Source of the DNA: Clostridia bacterium
GTDB taxonomy: Bacteria > Bacillota > Clostridia > RGIG6154
Assembly: GCA_045589295.1 (NCBI GenBank)
Contig: JAZNOU010000012.1
Coordinates: 165,353-229,352 of the forward strand
Length of the DNA: 64,000 nt
Direction: 5' to 3'
The notes below the pieces were generated by a model. The model searched no databases and was not told the origin of the DNA. It saw only the letters and a list, made by a program, of their open reading frames with translations. This document shows positions 1-8,328 of this stretch, one piece after another (positions within the stretch are counted from its first letter, which is position 1; each line of letters opens with the position of its first letter). The position numbers were made by a program, and so were the translations under genes.

Positions 1-98
1 AAGGAAGTTCAGATTGTTTATATTTTCTCGCTTGTTACTTTAGTCTGCGGAATAATTTCGCTATTTGCAGTAGTTTAAAAAAGAAAGGTGAAGGAACA

Positions 99-1232
99 TT
101 GAATAAAAAAAAGGGGAAGCTGTCTATAAAAAAGGAACTGTTTGGTTTTTCAAAGACTGACCCTGTTTTATCCAATCTCGTTTTAATACTTGTATGTTTT
201 GGGCTGATTATGTGTTTCTCTGCATCAGCTCCTACAGCTCAGGTGCAAAACGGTGACAGTTATTTTTTCTTAAAAAGACAGATGATTTGGGCAGTAATTG
301 GCTTTGTAGCCATGGCTTTTACTGCAAACTTTAATTATAAAAATTACAGAAAATATTCTTTTATGCTTTATGTAATAACTATCGGACTTTTGTTGATAGT
401 TTTACTATTCCCGGGGATTAACGGTGCAAAAAGATGGATTGGTATTGGCGGTTTTTCTTTTCAGCCGTCTGAGGTTGCCAAATACGCACTTATTATAATG
501 ATATCTCACAAAATGTCGGTCCAGGATTGGGAAAAATCGGAATTTTTTAGAGATTTTGTGCCATATCTTATTCTGTATGGCGTGTTTGCTCTTCTTTTGA
601 TGCTGGAACCTCATTTCAGCTGTACACTTTTATTGTTTGGTGTTACAGTTGCAATGCTTTTTGTAGCAGGAGCGAAAAAGAAGCATTTTGCAATATGCTT
701 ATTGGTAGCAATCCCTGCGATAATATTTCTGGCATTTAGCGGATACAGAGCGGAACGTATGGCTGTATTCCTTAACCCGATGGCAAGCGATCCGAGTGGT
801 GAGGGTTGGCAGATAAGGCAGTCGCTTTATGCAATCGGCTCAGGCGGTATGTTTGGACTTGGAATAGGTCAGAGCAGACAGAAGTTTTTATATCTTCCCG
901 AACCTCAGAATGACTTTATTTTTGCAGTTATTTGTGAGGAACTTGGCTTTGTTGGAGCTACAGTTGTTTTGTTATTGTTTGCTGCGCTTGTTTGGAGAGG
1001 AATTTATATAGCAGTAAATGCTCCTGATAAATTCAGTTGCTTTTTGGCAACCGGCATTACCGCGCTTGTTGCTATTCAGGTTATAATAAATGTTGCGGTT
1101 GTTACGTCGTCTATGCCTGTTACAGGTATGCCGCTTCCGTTTTTCAGTGCGGGAGGCTCATCTTTGGTATTTTTAATGGCAGGTATGGGAATACTTCTTA
1201 ACATATCAAAATATATAGGAAGACGAAAGTAA
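99..1232 (+). CDS. ftsW: FtsW/RodA/SpoVE (SEDS) family peptidoglycan glycosyltransferase
   Basis: The 377-aa product is polytopic and has SEDS-like conserved segments (GxxxSFQPSE, PEPQNDFIF, C-terminal MPVTGMPLPFFSAGGSS). It lies immediately upstream of murA and ftsQ. Confidence 0.85.
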   Translation: MNKKKGKLSIKKELFGFSKTDPVLSNLVLILVCFGLIMCFSASAPTAQVQNGDSYFFLKRQMIWAVIGFVAMAFTANFNYKNYRKYSFMLYVITIGLLLIVLLFPGINGAKRWIGIGGFSFQPSEVAKYALIIMISHKMSVQDWEKSEFFRDFVPYLILYGVFALLLMLEPHFSCTLLLFGVTVAMLFVAGAKKKHFAICLLVAIPAIIFLAFSGYRAERMAVFLNPMASDPSGEGWQIRQSLYAIGSGGMFGLGIGQSRQKFLYLPEPQNDFIFAVICEELGFVGATVVLLLFAALVWRGIYIAVNAPDKFSCFLATGITALVAIQVIINVAVVTSSMPVTGMPLPFFSAGGSSLVFLMAGMGILLNISKYIGRRK

Positions 1233-1287
1233 CCAAAAATTTAACAGTTGCATAAGATAAAGCATAGCTTTGTTGGAGGTGCAACTA

Positions 1288-2538
1288 ATGAATTGCTTTG
1301 TTATGTCGGGAGGCAGGCGTCTTGAAGGTGAAATTACCGTTCAGGGTGCTAAAAATTCAGCATTGCCGCTGATAGCTGCCTGCCTTTTAAACAAAGGAAA
1401 GTGTGTTATTCACGATTGCCCCGATTTATCTGATGTGCGAGCGGCGGTTGATATTTTAAAATGCTTAGGGTGCGATGCAAAATATTCAGATAATACGGTG
1501 ATTTGTAATTCCGAGCATGCAAACAAGCATGTTGTTCCCGAGTATCTTATGAACAAAATGCGTTCATCGGTGATATTTTTGGGGAGTATGATTTCCAATA
1601 TGAAAAAAGCGATACTCTCATACCCCGGTGGATGCGAGATAGGTGCAAGACCTATTGATATACATATCGAAAGCCTTAAAAAATTAGGTGTTGATATTTT
1701 AGAGTGTGAAAATCATCTTACGTGTTTAGCAAATGGAATTGTTCCGTGCAAAATTGTATTGCCGTTTCCGAGTGTAGGCGCAACAGAAAATATTATGCTT
1801 GCAACGGCTGTTTCAAATGGAAAGACAATTATAGAAAATGCGGCTAAAGAGCCTGAAATTGTGGATTTGCAGAATTTTTTAAATTCAATGGGCGCACACA
1901 TTTTTGGTGCGGAAACAGGTACAATACAGATAGATGGAGCGGATGAACTTTTTAACACCGAATACACTGTTATTCCTGACAGAATTGCTGCAGCAACTTT
2001 TATGTGCTCGGCTCTGGCAACAGACGGAGAAATTGTTTTAAACAACGTAAGGTGCGACCATTTGGATGCAGTAATAAATGCACTTCGCAAATCAGGTGCG
2101 CAGATACACACTGATACAACTCAGTTGAGCATAAAAAGAGGTAAATATTTTTCAGGCATTGGAAGTCTTGAAACAGAGGTTTATCCCGCGTTCCCAACAG
2201 ATGCACAGCCTGTTCTTACAGCAGCTCTTTCGGTTGCTGACGGAAAAACTGTTTTAAGAGAAAAAATATTTACCGACAGATTTCGCCATGTGCCTTATAT
2301 GAACAATATGGGTGCAGACATAAAAGTTTTTGGCGACACTGCAGAAATAAACGGTGTTGAAAGCCTAAACGGCGATATGCTGCTTGCTCATGAACTGCGC
2401 GGAGGTGCTGCACTTGTGATTGCGGGACTTTGTGCAAAGGGCAGGAGTACTGTTGGCAATATTCAGTTTATTGACAGAGGTTATGAAAAATTAGAAAATA
2501 CATTTAAACGCCTTGGTGCTGATATACAAAGAATTTAA
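1288..2538 (+). CDS. murA: UDP-N-acetylglucosamine 1-carboxyvinyltransferase MurA
   Basis: The N-terminus (GxRLEGEITVQGAKNSALP) and overall length are typical of MurA/EPT. An ATG at 1288 follows a GGAGGTG ribosome-binding site; the ORF track started it at 1270. Confidence 0.9.
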   Translation: MNCFVMSGGRRLEGEITVQGAKNSALPLIAACLLNKGKCVIHDCPDLSDVRAAVDILKCLGCDAKYSDNTVICNSEHANKHVVPEYLMNKMRSSVIFLGSMISNMKKAILSYPGGCEIGARPIDIHIESLKKLGVDILECENHLTCLANGIVPCKIVLPFPSVGATENIMLATAVSNGKTIIENAAKEPEIVDLQNFLNSMGAHIFGAETGTIQIDGADELFNTEYTVIPDRIAAATFMCSALATDGEIVLNNVRCDHLDAVINALRKSGAQIHTDTTQLSIKRGKYFSGIGSLETEVYPAFPTDAQPVLTAALSVADGKTVLREKIFTDRFRHVPYMNNMGADIKVFGDTAEINGVESLNGDMLLAHELRGGAALVIAGLCAKGRSTVGNIQFIDRGYEKLENTFKRLGADIQRI

Positions 2539-2549
2539 AGGTAAACATA

Positions 2550-3323
2550 ATGGAAAAAAAGAAACAAACCAGCGGTAAAATAATTGATATTAACCGCAAG
2601 GAAATCAGAAAACGAAAAAAAAGAGCCGCCAGAAATCGATTTATATGTTTTTTGGCGGTTATAGCTGTTATATGCTTTTTGATGACGCCTGTTTTCAATA
2701 TCAAATGGATTGATGTTGAGGGTAACCAGAAAACCAAATTTGGTGAAATAGTAAAGGCATCAGGGGTTGAGTATGAGCAGAATATGTTCAGGTTGAATAT
2801 TAAAAAGAGCAAACAGCAGATAAGGACGATAGCTTATATTGATGATGTTAAAATAGCCAGACATATTTCAGGCGGAGTAATGATAAAAGTTACTGAAAGA
2901 GAGCCTGTTGCTTGTTTAAAATACGCAAACGGCTTTGTGCTGATTGATAAGGAAGGAAGGCTTTTAGAAACATTAAAAGAACCTACGGGGTATCCTGAAA
3001 TTGTAGGCATTAAACTTTCAAAGCAAAAGATTGGCGATATATTAAAAGAAACTGATGAAGCTAAAATAGCCACTATGGATGAGCTTTTGGATAAACTTAA
3101 AGAACATGAGCTTTTACAAAGGACATCTAAAATTAACATTTCAAAAGCAAATAACGCAGAGTTTGTTATTGACGGCAATAAAAATATTATAACAGGTGGG
3201 AATTACAGACTCGATTATAAACTTATGATGCTAGAAGCAACAGTTTCAGAGCTTTCAAGGTCAGAAGCAGGAACGATAGATTTGTCAACAGAAGGTGAAG
3301 CACTCTTTACACCGGACGAGTAA
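2550..3323 (+). CDS. ftsQ: cell division protein FtsQ/DivIB (POTRA domain)
   Basis: The 257-aa product has a basic N-terminus, a single TM and a POTRA-like region (IKWIDVEGNQ...), and sits downstream of ftsW-murA. Confidence 0.75.
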   Translation: MEKKKQTSGKIIDINRKEIRKRKKRAARNRFICFLAVIAVICFLMTPVFNIKWIDVEGNQKTKFGEIVKASGVEYEQNMFRLNIKKSKQQIRTIAYIDDVKIARHISGGVMIKVTEREPVACLKYANGFVLIDKEGRLLETLKEPTGYPEIVGIKLSKQKIGDILKETDEAKIATMDELLDKLKEHELLQRTSKINISKANNAEFVIDGNKNIITGGNYRLDYKLMMLEATVSELSRSEAGTIDLSTEGEALFTPDE

Positions 3324-3338
3324 TCAAAACAGCAAGAC

Positions 3339-3367
3339 TTGACATAAATATAATTTAATGTTAGAAT
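3339..3367 (+). promoter_or_regulatory. sigma-A type promoter (TTGACA-17-TAGAAT) driving the FMN riboswitch and ribU
   Basis: TTGACA lies at 3339-3344 and TAGAAT at 3362-3367, separated by a 17-nt spacer. Confidence 0.5.
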
Positions 3368-3371
3368 GATT

Positions 3372-3485
3372 TTAAGCTTCGGGGCAGGGTGAGATTCCCT
3401 ACCGGCGGTTATAGCCCGCGAGCGCAAAAGCGCAGATTTGGTGTAATTCCAAAGCCGACGGTAAAGTCCGGATGAAAGAAGTTGT
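3372..3485 (+). promoter_or_regulatory. FMN riboswitch (RFN element) aptamer
   Basis: It contains the hallmark RFN conserved segments CTTCGGGGCAGGGTGAGATTCCCTACCGGCGGT...AGCCCGCGAGC...GATTTGGTGTAATTCCAAAGCCGACGGTAAAGTCCGGATGAAAGAAG. Confidence 0.85.
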
Positions 3486-3499
3486 AAAAATTAGTATTT

Positions 3500-3535
3500 T
3501 TTGTGCCCCCTTGCATTAGAGGGGCATTTTTTTGT
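3500..3535 (+). terminator. riboswitch expression-platform intrinsic terminator
   Basis: A GC hairpin (TGCCCCC...GGGGGCA) is followed by a run of seven T, 25 nt upstream of the ribU start. Confidence 0.6.
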
Positions 3536-3558
3536 TCCAAAATGAAAGGAAGATTTAA

Positions 3559-4104
3559 ATGAAAAAGAAAAATTTAAGAAAACTTACAGTTATGGGACTT
3601 TTGTGTGCGGTGTCTGTGATTTTGGTGTCAATTATTCACTTTCCACTTTTTGCGGCAGCACCATTTTTAGAGTATGATCCGGCAGATGTTCCGATATTTA
3701 TCGCAACATTTTCGTTTGGTCCTGTGGCAGGGTTTTTGGTTACTATAGTAACTTCTGTTATTCAAGGAACAACTGTCAGTGCATCAAGCGGACTTTACGG
3801 AATTTTAATGCACATAATTTCAACAGGAAGCTTTTGCCTTGTGTCAGGGGTTACATATAAAAAGTTTCACACAAAAAAGGGCGCTGCGATTTCACTTGTT
3901 ATAGGAACACTTGCTATGACGCTTGTTATGATTCCTGCCAATCTATTTATAACACCGTATTTTATGGGTGCACCTGTTTCTGTTATAAAGGGGTTACTTT
4001 TGCCCGTAATTATTCCTTTTAACTTTATTAAGGCGGCTGTAAACTCTGTTATAACATTTTTGCTTTACAAAAGAATTGCAAGACTGTGGGAAAATAAAGA
4101 ATAA
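3559..4104 (+). CDS. ribU: ECF-type riboflavin transporter S component (RibU-like)
   Basis: The 181-aa product has 5-6 TM helices and sits immediately downstream of the FMN riboswitch, the conserved Firmicutes arrangement. Confidence 0.75.
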   Translation: MKKKNLRKLTVMGLLCAVSVILVSIIHFPLFAAAPFLEYDPADVPIFIATFSFGPVAGFLVTIVTSVIQGTTVSASSGLYGILMHIISTGSFCLVSGVTYKKFHTKKGAAISLVIGTLAMTLVMIPANLFITPYFMGAPVSVIKGLLLPVIIPFNFIKAAVNSVITFLLYKRIARLWENKE

Positions 4105-4153
4105 AAACGTGACTTTTAATTGAATTTGTGCCTATAAAGTCGAATGTATCTAG

Positions 4154-4183
4154 TTGACAAAACTAGGTGCAAAGTGGTATAAT
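4154..4183 (+). promoter_or_regulatory. promoter TTGACA-18-TGgTATAAT (extended -10)
   Basis: Near-consensus -35 and extended -10 elements lie upstream of the hemolysin III gene. Confidence 0.45.
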
Positions 4184-4209
4184 TTACAAAAAAGTTAAAG
4201 GGGTGCATC

Positions 4210-4890
4210 ATGGAAAGAACAAAGCTTAAAGACAGAATTCTTCCCCCATATACAAAAGGCGAAGAAATTATGAATATGGTAACGCATATCGTAGGCGGTG
4301 CAATAGGTATTGTTGCGCTTGTTTTGTGCGTGATAAAAGCGGCACTTAATTCAAACGTTTATGGAGTTGTGAGTGGAGCTATTTTTGGTGCTACTATGAT
4401 TATACTTTATACAATGTCAAGTGTGTATCATGGACTTAATCCAAACCTTACTGCAAAAAAAGTTTTTCAGATTATTGATCATTGCTCAATCTTCATTCTC
4501 ATTGCGGGAACATATACGCCTATCGTTCTTTGCACAATAAGGAGTATTTCGCCTGTGATTGGCTGGGCATATTTTGGGTTTGTGTGGGCTGTGGCGGCAT
4601 TTGGTATTGTATTAAATTCAATAGATCTTAAAAAATATGATAATTTTTCACTTATATGCTATTTGCTACTTGGCTGGTGCATTATTTTTAACATAAAAAC
4701 AGTGGCGGCAGGTGTTGGTTTTGGCGGAATGATGTTTTTGGTAAGCGGAGGAATAGCCTATACGATTGGTGCAATATTTTATGCAATGGGCAAAAAAAGG
4801 AACACAAAGTATATCCATAGTGTGTTCCATATCTTTGTGGATTTGGGAAGTTTATTTCACTTTTTCTGCATACTTTTCTATGTAATGTAA
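4210..4890 (+). CDS. hemolysin III / PAQR family channel protein (YqfA-like)
   Basis: The 226-aa product has seven TM helices and the conserved HxxG, SxxYH and HIFVD motifs of the hemolysin III family. Confidence 0.85.
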   Translation: MERTKLKDRILPPYTKGEEIMNMVTHIVGGAIGIVALVLCVIKAALNSNVYGVVSGAIFGATMIILYTMSSVYHGLNPNLTAKKVFQIIDHCSIFILIAGTYTPIVLCTIRSISPVIGWAYFGFVWAVAAFGIVLNSIDLKKYDNFSLICYLLLGWCIIFNIKTVAAGVGFGGMMFLVSGGIAYTIGAIFYAMGKKRNTKYIHSVFHIFVDLGSLFHFFCILFYVM

Positions 4891-4917
4891 AAAGCAGTCA
4901 GTTGACTGCTTTTTTTC
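4891..4917. terminator. bidirectional intrinsic terminator
   Basis: A perfect hairpin (AGCAGTCA-GT-TGACTGCT) is flanked by an A-run and a T-run between convergent genes. Confidence 0.6.
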
Positions 4918-5413
4918 TTATCAGACTCATTATTGCTAGAGTTATTAAAATTCCTGAAATACTACCAAAAGAGTCAATTAAAATGTCGGTAAACTGACAA
5001 CTTCTTCCTGGCACAAATGTCTGGTGGAGTTCATCAGTTATTGCATAAAAAACACAAAATGTGAGAGAAATAATTACATTTTTTTGAAGGTAGTGGTTGC
5101 CTTTTTTAATAAAGCTTAGTGAATTGGATATAAAGATTGAAACTCCCAGTAACAAAAAAAGAAAAAAGTGTGCGGTTTTTCTTACATAATTATTTATCTT
5201 TTTGACAAGCTCATTTTTTTCTTTTTTAGAAATATTTTTGTTTTTGGTGACTGCAGTTACGATTTTTTTGGTTACTGATTTGCTTACTAAGTTTGATTTT
5301 GTGGCGGGTTGTGATGAAAAATAAAAGATAGACGCCATAATAATCAGTGTGAAAAAGTATGCAATTATTTTTTTGATAATCAGATGCGGATTTGTTCCTG
5401 AAATCATAGTCAC
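4898..5413 (-). CDS. VanZ family membrane protein
   Basis: It carries the FSSQP motif and the C-terminal TDELHQTFVPGRSxQFTDILIDSFG motif typical of VanZ-like proteins. It overlaps the upstream FHA gene by 4 nt. Confidence 0.75.
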   Translation of the reverse strand: MTMISGTNPHLIIKKIIAYFFTLIIMASIFYFSSQPATKSNLVSKSVTKKIVTAVTKNKNISKKEKNELVKKINNYVRKTAHFFLFLLLGVSIFISNSLSFIKKGNHYLQKNVIISLTFCVFYAITDELHQTFVPGRSCQFTDILIDSFGSISGILITLAIMSLIRKKAVN

Positions 5414-5859
5414 TCCTCGTCAAACCTTGGTTCAACAAATAAGAACATAAGCTGACCGATTTTTATAAGATCTCCCGTTTTTATGGCACAAGGCTCCAAC
5501 CCTATGCGCTCGCCGTTTACGAATGTGCCGTTTGTTGTGTCATTATCAACAATTGTCCACATGTCGTGCGATTTTAAAAACTGTGCATGCACAGTTGACA
5601 TAAAAGGGTCTGAAATTATAATATCGTTTTTTCCACCTCTGCCTATTGTGAACTTGTGCTTGATATTATAACTTTCCTCAACTCTGAAAGGAACGGATTT
5701 TATTTTGTTTATCAGTTTGATGTATGGTGTGTCATCTAAAACGGTCCCCATACGTGAGTGCTTGATATCAAGGTAAATCAGTCTTATAATGCTGAACATA
5801 AAAAAGTAAATAGCTGTTACAAACAGGTATTTTAAAAGACCTGAAACAAGCTCAAACAT
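5410..5859 (-). CDS. FHA domain-containing membrane-anchored protein
   Basis: An N-terminal TM is followed by an FHA core (FTIGRGGKNDIIISDPFMSTVHAQF...NGTFVNGERI). Confidence 0.8.
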   Translation of the reverse strand: MFELVSGLLKYLFVTAIYFFMFSIIRLIYLDIKHSRMGTVLDDTPYIKLINKIKSVPFRVEESYNIKHKFTIGRGGKNDIIISDPFMSTVHAQFLKSHDMWTIVDNDTTNGTFVNGERIGLEPCAIKTGDLIKIGQLMFLFVEPRFDEE

Positions 5860-5999
5860 AAAAAATCCCTCACTTTCTTTTTAATTAGTATAATATAAGT
5901 ATTGAAAAAATGCAAATTTTTTATTATAATATATAATAGTGTAAATTTTAACTTTAATATTTACATAATTTGCCGGACATATTAAAGTCAGGAGGGAAT

Positions 6000-7451
6000 A
6001 TGGTGCGAAAAAATATTTCAAATCAGGAAGATCCTAATTTAAACAGCTCGGGGCAGACAACAGAGGTAGCGCAGGAAACAAAAGTAAAAAAAGCTCCGAC
6101 AAAATTTCAAAAAGCAATTGAATATATCAAGGATAATTCTACAGTGGCAAAAAGCACAGTGATAGGGTTCTTTGTTTTTGCTGTCATATTGGCAATCGTT
6201 TCAAATATTCAGGTGGGTTATGCAGTTGTTTTTAATGATAAGACAATAGGTTATGTTGCGCACAAAGACACTGCACTTGAAAAAATTGATTTTATTTGCA
6301 AAGAAATTACCGACAATATAGCAGACACCGAAACAAATGTTACTGCTTCTTTGGTGCCTTCTGTTGCACCAGCCTTTAAATTTATAGCAGAGGACGAAAT
6401 AGAACAGGCTATCAAAGAGGAGATTTCGTATTATGTTAATGCAGCGGCTGTTTATATAGATGGAGAGTTTGCGTTTGCAGCAAAAGATGCAACTGAGGCA
6501 GAAACGTTTATTAAAAAATATCAGGAAATGGTTTGCGGTGACGGAACTATTATTTCTTCTCAAAGCGAAAACAAAGTAACATATAAAGATGAAAAGGTTA
6601 TTCTTACAGAAGTGCTGGACGAGCAGGCGGCAATGTCAAGACTTGCGGGAACTGACTCAAAAGATGGACTTTATACTGTTGAAGAAGGAGATACACTGTG
6701 GAATATTGGTATTGATAACGATATTGCAACAGACTATCTTATGGTGCTTAACAACTTAGATAGTGAGGTTCTTCAGATAGGAACTGTTTTGAGGGTAAAA
6801 TATCCAGAACCTATAATTGATGTTAAGGTAGTAAAAGATATTACCTATACCGAAATTCATCCCTACGAAACTGAGAAAAGATATGACAAAAATCTCAACG
6901 TCGGAACATATCGAACATATCAAAAGGGCTCTAACGGCGAAACAAGGGTAAGAGCAATTGTAACTTATGTTAACGGCAATGAAATTGAACGTGAAATTAC
7001 AGAAAAAACTGTTTTAAGTGAGCCTGTTACAGAAATTCTTTTGGTAGGAACAAAGCCAAAGCCAAAAACTGCGGCGACAGGAAAGTTTGCAAGACCTATT
7101 TCGGGTGGATATGTGTCGTCCTCATTTGGCAACAGAAGCCGTGGATATCATACAGGCGTTGACTGGGCAGTTTCATATGGAACACCTATTTATGCATCAG
7201 ACGGCGGAACAGTTACAGCCGCCGGATGGGGTGGTGGTTACGGCAAAATGGTTAAAATTAATCATGGTAATGGGTATGAAACTTTGTATGCCCATTGCTC
7301 AAAGCTTGTCGTATCAAGTGGAAAGAAAGTTGCAAAGGGGCAGCTTATTGGTTATGTAGGTAGTACAGGAAACAGCACAGGACCTCATTTGCATTTTGAA
7401 ATAAGAAGAAATGGTTCATACCTCAATCCTACTAAATATTGTGGTGAATAA
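6000..7451 (+). CDS. LysM domain-containing M23 family metallopeptidase
   Basis: An ATG at 6000 follows an AGGAGGG ribosome-binding site. The protein has an N-terminal TM, a LysM domain (YTVEEGDTLWNIG) and a C-terminal M23 domain (HTGVDW...HLHFEIR). Confidence 0.85.
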   Translation: MVRKNISNQEDPNLNSSGQTTEVAQETKVKKAPTKFQKAIEYIKDNSTVAKSTVIGFFVFAVILAIVSNIQVGYAVVFNDKTIGYVAHKDTALEKIDFICKEITDNIADTETNVTASLVPSVAPAFKFIAEDEIEQAIKEEISYYVNAAAVYIDGEFAFAAKDATEAETFIKKYQEMVCGDGTIISSQSENKVTYKDEKVILTEVLDEQAAMSRLAGTDSKDGLYTVEEGDTLWNIGIDNDIATDYLMVLNNLDSEVLQIGTVLRVKYPEPIIDVKVVKDITYTEIHPYETEKRYDKNLNVGTYRTYQKGSNGETRVRAIVTYVNGNEIEREITEKTVLSEPVTEILLVGTKPKPKTAATGKFARPISGGYVSSSFGNRSRGYHTGVDWAVSYGTPIYASDGGTVTAAGWGGGYGKMVKINHGNGYETLYAHCSKLVVSSGKKVAKGQLIGYVGSTGNSTGPHLHFEIRRNGSYLNPTKYCGE

Positions 7452-7523
7452 AACTTTAAGCAATCTCTCTTGTATGGGGGGATTGCTTGTAGGTTTTTGT
7501 CGCAAAATTTTTAGAAAAAACAC

Positions 7524-7552
7524 TTGATTTTGGTAAGTAGGTGTGCTATAAT
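7524..7552 (+). promoter_or_regulatory. consensus sigma-A promoter TTGATT-17-TATAAT
   Basis: An exact TATAAT at 7547-7552 sits 17 nt downstream of TTGATT, with an A-tract upstream. It lies 60 nt upstream of the PqqD-family gene. Confidence 0.6.
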
Positions 7553-7615
7553 TATCTTACGTAGGTATAACTGTGGATTTTTTTGTGTACCAATCAATTT
7601 TTGGAAGGTGAACAG

Positions 7616-7879
7616 ATGCGACTAAAAGATGGCTTTTTATTAAGAAATGTTGCCGGTGAATATGTTGTTGTCCCAACAGGGAACAGCATGGTTGACTTTA
7701 AGGCTATGATATCTCTTAATGAAACAGGCGCGTTTTTATGGGAGCAGCTTTTAGCAGACAAATCAGAGCAGCAACTTTTAGATGCGCTTTTGAGTGAGTA
7801 TGACGTTGATGAAAAAACCGCATCTGAAGATATTAAAGAGTTTGTAGAGTTGCTTAAAGAAAAGAACCTGTTGGTATGA
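7616..7879 (+). CDS. PqqD family protein (RiPP recognition element, lasso B1-like)
   Basis: The 87-aa product has the PqqD/RRE fold signature (MRLKDGFLLRNVAGEYVVVP...LNETGAFLWEQL...). A ribosome-binding site AAGGTG lies 5 nt upstream of the ATG, and the gene overlaps the next by ATGA. Confidence 0.8.
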   Translation: MRLKDGFLLRNVAGEYVVVPTGNSMVDFKAMISLNETGAFLWEQLLADKSEQQLLDALLSEYDVDEKTASEDIKEFVELLKEKNLLV

Positions 7880-8328
7880 ATATGAAAAAAGTCTTAAGTA
7901 CAAAAGAGATTATGCCTCTTGTGGGAGACATCTTAAAAACGGCGGAGCGAGTTAGGTTTACCGTTAAGGGAAACAGTATGTATCCGCTTTTAAGGTCGGA
8001 CCGCGACGAGGTAGAGGTTATAAAGTGCGATAGTATAGGCAAGTATGATATTGTTCTTTACAAAAGAAACAATGGTGACTATATTCTTCACAGGGTGCTC
8101 AAAGAAAATGACAACGCACTTTCAATAGCAGGCGATTTTGAACAGGAACTTGAAAGCCCTGTGTATAAAGATCAGGTTATTGCAAAAGTTGTCAATATAA
8201 TAAGAGACGGTAAAAAAGTTATCTCTTGTAACAACGGCATCTATAAAACGTATTGTGTTTTGTGGGCGGCGGTATTTAAAAACAGACGAAGGATACTTAA
8301 AATACTTAAGAAACTGAGGAAATGGTGA
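7876..8328 (+). CDS. S26/S24-type serine peptidase, Ser/His (SipW/ER-type-like), no TM anchor
   Basis: It has a GNSMYPLL nucleophile box and an IVLYK...YILHRVL box, with His where bacterial signal peptidase I (SPase I) has Lys. There is no N-terminal hydrophobic anchor, and the C-terminus is an amphipathic basic tail. Confidence 0.6.
   Translation: MNMKKVLSTKEIMPLVGDILKTAERVRFTVKGNSMYPLLRSDRDEVEVIKCDSIGKYDIVLYKRNNGDYILHRVLKENDNALSIAGDFEQELESPVYKDQVIAKVVNIIRDGKKVISCNNGIYKTYCVLWAAVFKNRRRILKILKKLRKW

Noticed and set aside
405-614. Small antisense ORFs inside ftsW, murA and M23 genes (for example 405..614, 1713..2111, 6201..6563)
   Set aside because: They are fully embedded antisense in strongly supported conserved genes. 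They are typical low-GC shadow ORFs.
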